NCBI GenBank assembly: GCA_039798785.1
Contig: JBDKFG010000097.1
Coordinates: 1 to 13,247 of the forward strand
Reading direction: 5' to 3'
Length of the DNA stretch: 13,247 nucleotides
Source: Verrucomicrobiota bacterium
Lineage (GTDB): Bacteria; Verrucomicrobiota; Lentisphaeria; Lentisphaerales; Lentisphaeraceae
This document shows positions 7,554-13,247 of this stretch, in pieces. The position numbers and the translations under genes were made by a program. Numbering within the stretch: position 1 is the first letter of the stretch; each line of letters opens with the position of its first letter. The notes under the pieces are model-generated. The model was given only the letters and a program-made list of their open reading frames with translations. It had not been told where the DNA came from and made no database searches.

Positions 7554-8798
7554 ATGGCAGAAAATCGCAGAGTCGTCATCACCGGCATGGGCGGGGTCAC
7601 CCCCCTGGGCAGCAGCTGGGCGGATATCCTGCCGGAACTTCGCGGGCGCCGCAACGGCGTGGTCCGGATGGACGCCTGGGACCGCTTCAACGGCCTCGAC
7701 ACCCGCCTCGCCGCCCCCTGCAAGGCGCCCCTCGGCGAAACCTACGGCTACAACCGCAAGCTCACCCGCGGCATGGGCCGGGTCGCCCTCTTCGCCGTCC
7801 GGGCCAGCGAACTGGCTCTGATCGATGCCGGGCTACTCGGATCACCGCTCCTCCTCCAGGGACGCTGCGGCGTCGCCTACGGCTCCTGTTCCGGTTCGAC
7901 CGACGCGGTCGAGCCTTTCGCCCGGATGCGCCTCGAAAGCAGCACCCGCGGCATCTCCGCCACCAGCTACATCCAGATGATGCCGCAGACCTGCGCCGTC
8001 AACGTCGGCCTCTTCTTCGGCCTGCAGGGACGCATCATCCCGACCTGTTCCGCCTGCACCTCCGGCTCGCAGGCGGTGGGCTACGCCTTCGAGGCGGTGC
8101 GCTCCGGCCGCTGCGACCTGATGATCGCCGGCGGCGCCGAAGAGCTCGATCCGGCGATGGCGGCGGTCTTCGACGTCATGTACGCCACCTCGCGCAAAAA
8201 CGACACGCCGTCGCTGAGTCCGCGTCCTTTCGACAAGGATCGCGATGGCCTGGTGATCGGCGAAGGTTCGACCACCTTGGTTCTCGAGTCGCTCGAGCAC
8301 GCCCTCGCCCGGGGCGCCTTCATCCACGCGGAAGTCCTCGGTTTCGGCACCAATTCGGACGGCATCCACCTGACCCAGCCGAGCGCCGAAACGATGCTCG
8401 ACGCGGCCCGCGAGGCCCTCGACGACGCCCGCCTCAAGCCCGAGGCGATTGGCTACGTCAACGCCCACGCCACCGCCACCGAGCTCGGCGACATCGCCGA
8501 ATCGGAAGCCACCTACAAGCTCCTGGGCGGCCAGGTGCCGGTGGCTTCCTTGAAAGGCTACACCGGCCACACCCTCGGCGCCGCCGGCGCCCTCGAATCC
8601 TGGTGGACGATCGCAATGATGAATCAAGGCTGGTTCGCCCCGAGCCTCGGGCTCGACCAGGTCGACCCCCGCTGCGCCCCGCTCAATTACCTCATGGGCG
8701 CGGGCCTCGAGCTCCAGGCCGACATCGTCATGAACAACAACTTCGCCTTCGGCGGAATCAACACCTCGCTGATCTTCGGCCGCTGGCCGCGAGGCTGA
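7554..8798 (+). CDS. Beta-ketoacyl-ACP synthase, FabF-like (aryl-polyene ApeR-type), 414 aa
   Basis: RRVVITGMG; catalytic Cys-His-His in SACTSG, NAHATAT and GHTLGAAG; NNFAFGGINTSLIF. 'LDTRLAAP', 'MGRVALFAVRASELAL' and 'VNVGLFFGLQGRIIP' resemble the ApeR-type subgroup more than housekeeping FabF. Confidence 0.93.
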   Translation: MAENRRVVITGMGGVTPLGSSWADILPELRGRRNGVVRMDAWDRFNGLDTRLAAPCKAPLGETYGYNRKLTRGMGRVALFAVRASELALIDAGLLGSPLLLQGRCGVAYGSCSGSTDAVEPFARMRLESSTRGISATSYIQMMPQTCAVNVGLFFGLQGRIIPTCSACTSGSQAVGYAFEAVRSGRCDLMIAGGAEELDPAMAAVFDVMYATSRKNDTPSLSPRPFDKDRDGLVIGEGSTTLVLESLEHALARGAFIHAEVLGFGTNSDGIHLTQPSAETMLDAAREALDDARLKPEAIGYVNAHATATELGDIAESEATYKLLGGQVPVASLKGYTGHTLGAAGALESWWTIAMMNQGWFAPSLGLDQVDPRCAPLNYLMGAGLELQADIVMNNNFAFGGINTSLIFGRWPRG

Positions 8799-8821
8799 AT
8801 TCCGCCGCCGGATCCCCGCGC

Positions 8822-11143
8822 TCAGCGGCTCTCCAGCACCTCGCCTTTTTTCAGCTCGACCTGCCATGCGCCGTCAACCAGTACCGCATCGCGATTCCAG
8901 CGCGGCGGCGCGGCGAAGTCGCTGCGGATGCGCACCACACCGTCCTTGCCGGCCTCGAGGCGGAGCCAGGTGGTCTTGCCGGCGACCCGGCGGGCGCTGA
9001 CCTTGTGGCCTCCTTCGCAACGGAGATCGCGGAAGGCGAGATCGCGCCATGCAGCGGGGGTGGCGGGGAAGACGCGGATGGGGCCCTCATCGCCGCTGCC
9101 GGGCTTGGCCGACCAGCTCTGCAGCAGCATCTCGTGCACCACCTGCGAGGCGAGGAAATTGCCTTCCAGGGTGAAGGGACGGTAGGTGAAGCCGGAATAG
9201 CCTTTCTTCTTCTGGTCGCCGTTGACATGGAAGCCGTTGCGGGTGACGAAGGCTTCGCAGAAGATCTCGAGCTGCTTGAGCGCGCCTTCGGCGTCGCCGG
9301 TGCGGGCCCGCAGGCAGGCGTCCCAGGTGAAGGAGTAGCCGACCCAGGCGCGGGTGCCGAGCGACTGCCAGTGCTTCAAGGTCGCGGCGATGCGGCGGCG
9401 GTCGAGATCGGAACCTTCCTGGGTGACCAGGTTGAAGGGGTAAAGGCCGATCAGGTGGGAGAGGTGGCGGTGCGAGCCGGGGAGGAGCTGGCCGGGGTCG
9501 ATCTCGAGCACTTCGCCGGCGTCGGCATGGAAATCGCCGAGGTCCGCCGCGGCCTGAGCCCAGCGCTGCGCCTCGTCCTTCTTGCCGAGGGCGGAGGCCA
9601 TCTCCTCGAGCGACAGGAAGAGCATCTTCAGCGACATCAGGTCGTAGTTGGAATTGGGCTTGAGCCAGGCGCGGGGCGAGTTGTCGTGGATCTCCGGCGA
9701 CGAGGACAGGGGCAGGACGAGACGGCCGTCTGGCCCGGGCTTGAGCAGGGCGAGCATACATTCGCCGACACCGGAGCACCAGGGGTAGGCGCGGCCGCTG
9801 AGGAACTCGGATTCGCGGGTGTAGCGCCAGTGGAGGTAGAAGAGGTGGGCGCTCCAGGCGCTCATGGTGGGCGAGAGGGAGTATTGGCCCCAGCCGCCGA
9901 GGGGCTGGCCGGCGAGGGACATGACACCAGGGCAGGCGAGGCCGGGAGTGCCGTAGAAGTCGCGGGCGAATTTCTCGAAGGTGGCGCGGCGCTGCCAGAG
10001 GAAGTCGAGGTAGCAGGCGCCTTCGTCGAAGCGGCCGGCGGTCTGGTAGGCGATGTAGGTCATCTGGGTGTTGAGGTCGTTGTGATAGTCGCCTTTCCAG
10101 GGCGGCAGGCCGCCGTTGTCGGCAGTCCAGACCCCTTGCAGCGGCATCGGCGGGGCGCCGCGGCGCGAGGCGGCGCCGTGGAAGTACTGGACGATCTGAT
10201 ACTGGCGGGCGATGGCCTCGGCACCCTGGGGGAATTCGATGCTGGACTGAGCCCAGAAGTCCTTCCACCAGGACGCGTGCTCGGCGAAAGCGGCTTGATA
10301 GCCCTGCTCGAGGGCGGCGGAGCAGCGGACGATGGCGTGGAGGTGGGGACTAGGTCCGTCGACGGTGGAAGCGACGGCGACGGAAAGCAGGGTTTCGCCG
10401 GCGACTTCTTTGCGGCCGACGCAGACGGCGTAGCGGAAGCCGAGGGCGCCTTCCTGTTCGTACCAGGAGAAGTGTCGATCGCTGCCGTGGGCGGCGGCGG
10501 GATACCCGAGGGCGGCCACAGCGCCGCCGGAGGAAGGGCCGGCATTGCCGGAGCCTTGTTTCTTGGAGCCGGCAGGGATGAGCTCGACCCGGCGTGGCTT
10601 GCCGGGGAGGCGGATCAAAGCGACGGGTTGCTGGGCGCTGAAGAAGGCGCTCAGCTTCCCCTTGCCGGTGTCGGCGGAGCCTTCGGCGCGGGCCAGGTCG
10701 AGCTCGAAGTTTTGCAGCGACTGCCCTTCGGCCAGTTCGATCTCGAGGCGGCCGCCGGGCAGCTTGGTCGGGGTCTTGCCGTTGTAGGGACCGTCCCAGG
10801 CCTGGTTGACCGCGCCGTAGTCCTTGGCCTTGATCCGTTCGACACCCCAGGCGTAATTCTTCTCCTTGTACCAGTCTTCCTTGAGGCCGGCCGCGGGGCG
10901 CTCGTCCCAGAGGTCGCCGCGGTCGAGGGAGAGCCGCAGGGTGCTGCCCTCGCCCCAAAGCAGGCCGCCCATCAGGCCGTTGCCGAGCGGCAGAGCCTCG
11001 TCCCAGGTGCTCACCGGGGCCGCAAGGCGGAGATTCTCGGCGGCCGCGGGCTGCTGCGGCAGGGCCAAATAGGCCGAACTGGGCGCGCTTCGGCAGGCGG
11101 CGGCGGCGAGCAGGACGGCGAAGCAGAGGGAAAGACGGGTCAT
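8822..11143 (-). CDS. Glycoside hydrolase family 95 (alpha-L-fucosidase/alpha-L-galactosidase-like), exported, 773 aa
   Basis: AGGAG RBS before ATG 11143 and a signal peptide MTRLSLCFAVLLAAAAC (possible lipobox); WDEALPLGNGLMG, PLQGVW, DYHNDLNTQM, SPE, HRHLSHLIGLYP and EGNF...EMLLQSW motifs. Confidence 0.92.
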   Translation of the reverse strand: MTRLSLCFAVLLAAAACRSAPSSAYLALPQQPAAAENLRLAAPVSTWDEALPLGNGLMGGLLWGEGSTLRLSLDRGDLWDERPAAGLKEDWYKEKNYAWGVERIKAKDYGAVNQAWDGPYNGKTPTKLPGGRLEIELAEGQSLQNFELDLARAEGSADTGKGKLSAFFSAQQPVALIRLPGKPRRVELIPAGSKKQGSGNAGPSSGGAVAALGYPAAAHGSDRHFSWYEQEGALGFRYAVCVGRKEVAGETLLSVAVASTVDGPSPHLHAIVRCSAALEQGYQAAFAEHASWWKDFWAQSSIEFPQGAEAIARQYQIVQYFHGAASRRGAPPMPLQGVWTADNGGLPPWKGDYHNDLNTQMTYIAYQTAGRFDEGACYLDFLWQRRATFEKFARDFYGTPGLACPGVMSLAGQPLGGWGQYSLSPTMSAWSAHLFYLHWRYTRESEFLSGRAYPWCSGVGECMLALLKPGPDGRLVLPLSSSPEIHDNSPRAWLKPNSNYDLMSLKMLFLSLEEMASALGKKDEAQRWAQAAADLGDFHADAGEVLEIDPGQLLPGSHRHLSHLIGLYPFNLVTQEGSDLDRRRIAATLKHWQSLGTRAWVGYSFTWDACLRARTGDAEGALKQLEIFCEAFVTRNGFHVNGDQKKKGYSGFTYRPFTLEGNFLASQVVHEMLLQSWSAKPGSGDEGPIRVFPATPAAWRDLAFRDLRCEGGHKVSARRVAGKTTWLRLEAGKDGVVRIRSDFAAPPRWNRDAVLVDGAWQVELKKGEVLESR

Positions 11144-11216
11144 GGCAGGGACTCCTGATGGATCGGGATTTTCCTCTGACTTCAGGGGGGAAGGGAAGTT
11201 CCACTGGCGGCGGCAC

Positions 11217-11244
11217 TTGGCAGAAGAGGACACTGGCGTAAACT
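11217..11244 (+). promoter_or_regulatory. Possible sigma70-type promoter for the HNH gene
   Basis: TTGGCA (11217-11222), 16-nt spacer, TAAACT (11239-11244), ending 23 nt before ATG 11268. Confidence 0.3.
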
Positions 11245-11267
11245 TTTGGCGTGGACAAGGAAAAGAC

Positions 11268-11879
11268 ATGTCGCTGCAAGCCCTTACAAGAAGGACCCTG
11301 GTTTTGAACCGTCGGCTTCAGGCGGTCAACACGGTGAGTGCCCAGGAGGCCTTGAGCAAGGTGTTCTCCGGACATGCCCTCATCGTCACCCGCGATCTGC
11401 AGGTGCACGACTTCGACTCCTGGGTGCTGAGCTGGAGCGACGCCGCCTTGCTGGCCCGCATCGACGAGCGTCTGCTGATCCATTCGGAGCGTTTCGCGGT
11501 GCCGGTGCCGGAGGTGATCATCGTCTCCGGCTATGACGGCGGGCGGGCCCGCGAAGTCAGGCTGTCGCGCCGCAATCTTTTTTTGCGTGACGGCGGGACC
11601 TGTCAATACTGTGGCCGGAGATTGCCGGCGAAGGAGCTCAACATCGATCATGTGATGCCGCGGAGTCGCGGCGGTCGCAACACCTGGGAGAACCTGGTGC
11701 TTTCCTGTCTGCTCTGCAACACCTACAAGGCCGACCGCACGCCCGAAGAAGCCGGGATGCCGCTGCGGCGGCCACCGGTAAAACCGCAGTGGAGCGAGAT
11801 CCATGCCGCCGAGCCGCTACAATCCTGGCGCAGCTACCTCGACGCGGCCTACTGGAACAGCCAGCTCGACAGCGATTGA
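11268..11879 (+). CDS. HNH endonuclease (McrA-like/COG1403 type, Zn-binding), 203 aa
   Basis: N-terminal TLVLN; RRNLFLRDGGTCQYCG, NIDHVMPRSRGG, WENLVLSCLLCNTYKADRTPEEAGM. Purine-rich AAGGAAAAG before ATG 11268. Confidence 0.92.
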   Translation: MSLQALTRRTLVLNRRLQAVNTVSAQEALSKVFSGHALIVTRDLQVHDFDSWVLSWSDAALLARIDERLLIHSERFAVPVPEVIIVSGYDGGRAREVRLSRRNLFLRDGGTCQYCGRRLPAKELNIDHVMPRSRGGRNTWENLVLSCLLCNTYKADRTPEEAGMPLRRPPVKPQWSEIHAAEPLQSWRSYLDAAYWNSQLDSD

Positions 11880-11973
11880 GCCGTGATAGCTCTGCCGCTT
11901 GTTGGCGCTTCGCTGATGCGAGTGATTTGAAGCCGCCAGGACTTGCGGAAAGCGCAGGAATGAGAGGACTTCA

Positions 11974-12000
11974 TTGACGAGGTTGACCGGATTGACACGG
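11974..12000 (+). repeat. Short degenerate 9-nt tandem repeat (TTGACnnnn x3)
   Basis: TTGACGAGG TTGACCGGA TTGACACGG, with TTGAC at 11974, 11983 and 11992. Confidence 0.5.
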
Positions 12001-12004
12001 GGGC

Positions 12005-12028
12005 TGTGGCTCGATCGTCCCGATCGAG
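12005..12028 (+). repeat. REP singlet, GTGG-hairpin type (second copy)
   Basis: TGTGGCTCGATCGTCCCGATCGAG is the exact reverse complement of 1225-1248. It is directly followed by a second hairpin TTTGCGC-TTG-GCGCAAA (12029-12045). Confidence 0.85.
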
Positions 12029-12071
12029 TTTGCGCTTGGCGCAAAGACGGTCGTTCGCGCCTTCCAGGAGA

Positions 12072-13247
12072 TTACGGCAAGCTGGATCGCAGGCCAAAGC
12101 GGGTGACTTTGAGCTCGCGACCATCCATGTGAATGCGCTGTCCAAGGCCGAGAGAGTGCCCGAAATAGTGTTTCAGCATGTCGCGGATGCTGGTGCCGGC
12201 GGGAAATTCGTGGGGGATTTCAACGCCATCAAAAGTCATTGGAAAACTGCTCAGAAACTTCATTATCCATTGATGGAATTCGAACTTCCCCGTAAATCTC
12301 AGGGGCGATTGAATCCGCCACTCCAAGAGATCATGTTCATCCCTCACCGGGAATTTTGAGCTTCTTGGAAGATGGATCCAATGCCGCTCGTTGCGCCGGT
12401 AAATTTGGAGATCGTTCAAAGGAACAAAGCCTCCAATGTTTTTGTCGGACTTGCGAACGAGTCGCTTGCCGGGGCGAACTTCTTGTCTGAGTCCCCAGGC
12501 ATATTCGGCCCAATGCGCATAGCCTTGCGACCAGCCATTCATGGTCATTTCTTCACCCGTCACACAGCCCAATGCTTCGTGGAAGGAGAAAACTTCGAGG
12601 GTGGCGCCAGGAGCCGGCTTGGTGGGGATGCGCTTCCCCTTGCCGAGTTCATGCAGCATTGTCGAACTGATGTCTGGAAAGCTATGCAAGGTGCCGAGTT
12701 TGGAATCCGCAGGATGGAGCGTTTCGGGATCAAGATGGACGTTGAGCAAGATGTCGAGCGGGCGCCCCAACTCAACGGCATATTTGGGGACTTCGACAGC
12801 ATAGAGCCCTTTGGCGTAGTTCTTGATTTGTATTCCGCCTCTCAAGGAGTGCCATTCAGCCCACTGATGACCGCAAGGATCAAAAAAGCTGATCCTGGTG
12901 ACGAGTGAATTCTGCAGGCTGAGGACGAGGGAGGCGTAGGGGGGTCTGCTCGAGGATTTCATGTGATCATGGCTCTTGATCTCCTCGATCGCGTCCGGGC
13001 TCAAGCTCGGGCTGATGGCTTGATATTCGAGCGAGCCGTTGTCGTCCTGAGTCAAGAGCCCATGGACGATGAAGGGCGCATTCGGGGCCAAGGGCAACGA
13101 GGGGTGATCGACCAGTTTGCCGATCTTGCGATAGTCGAGAGTGCAGGGGTCTTTGGTGTAGATGAGGTGCAGCGAGCCATCGGGCTGGCGTTCTTCTTTG
13201 AGGCTGGCCTTGAGCTTCGGGATCGGGGTGTCGACCGGGTCTTTGAG
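12072..13247 (-). CDS. Hypothetical protein, 5'-truncated by the window end (at least 391 aa visible)
   Basis: Manual translation shows the frame of ORF 12072..13097 stays open to 13247 (LKDPVDTPIPKLKASLKEERQPDGSLHLIYTKDPCTLDYRKIGKLVDHPS...) with strongly G/C-ending codons, so the real start is probably outside the window. Confidence 0.75.
   Translation of the reverse strand, partial: LKDPVDTPIPKLKASLKEERQPDGSLHLIYTKDPCTLDYRKIGKLVDHPSLPLAPNAPFIVHGLLTQDDNGSLEYQAISPSLSPDAIEEIKSHDHMKSSSRPPYASLVLSLQNSLVTRISFFDPCGHQWAEWHSLRGGIQIKNYAKGLYAVEVPKYAVELGRPLDILLNVHLDPETLHPADSKLGTLHSFPDISSTMLHELGKGKRIPTKPAPGATLEVFSFHEALGCVTGEEMTMNGWSQGYAHWAEYAWGLRQEVRPGKRLVRKSDKNIGGFVPLNDLQIYRRNERHWIHLPRSSKFPVRDEHDLLEWRIQSPLRFTGKFEFHQWIMKFLSSFPMTFDGVEIPHEFPAGTSIRDMLKHYFGHSLGLGQRIHMDGRELKVTRFGLRSSLP

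Noticed and set aside
8603..11158. 851-aa plus-strand ORF, and the overlapping 393-aa and 484-aa minus-strand ORFs
   Set aside because: Shadow or alternative frames of the GH95 and HNH genes, with low-complexity composition.
11880..12071. tRNA, CRISPR array or IscB/omegaRNA system next to the HNH gene
   Set aside because: No cloverleaf and no repeat-spacer periodicity. The protein lacks RuvC and PLMP motifs.
12372..12908. 178-aa plus-strand ORF, and 12006..12359
   Set aside because: Antisense to the longer minus-strand ORF, which has better codon usage and continues to the window end.

Overview
High-GC bacterial DNA. Tandem secreted sulfatases, a GH95 gene and TCC-loop REP hairpins suggest a PVC-group organism such as Lentisphaerae, Verrucomicrobia or Planctomycetes (inference only). 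From left to right: two small lower-GC hypothetical genes; a 227-bp nested palindromic element; two secreted Cys-type sulfatases separated by a perfect REP doublet; an ApeP-like hot-dog dehydratase whose start overlaps the stop of tyrS; a divergent TrmH/SpoU methyltransferase followed by an ApeR-like ketosynthase; a divergent GH95 glycosidase; a McrA-like HNH nuclease; and a hypothetical gene truncated by the window end. Three observations stand out. (1) An identical 24-nt GTGG-hairpin REP occurs at 1225-1248 and, inverted, at 12005-12028, bracketing the high-GC block close to both compositional junctions. (2) Aryl-polyene-type apeP and apeR genes sit outside a cluster, interleaved with tRNA/RNA-metabolism genes. 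(3) The GH95 has non-canonical catalytic motifs. No complete novel system can be proven from the sequence alone.
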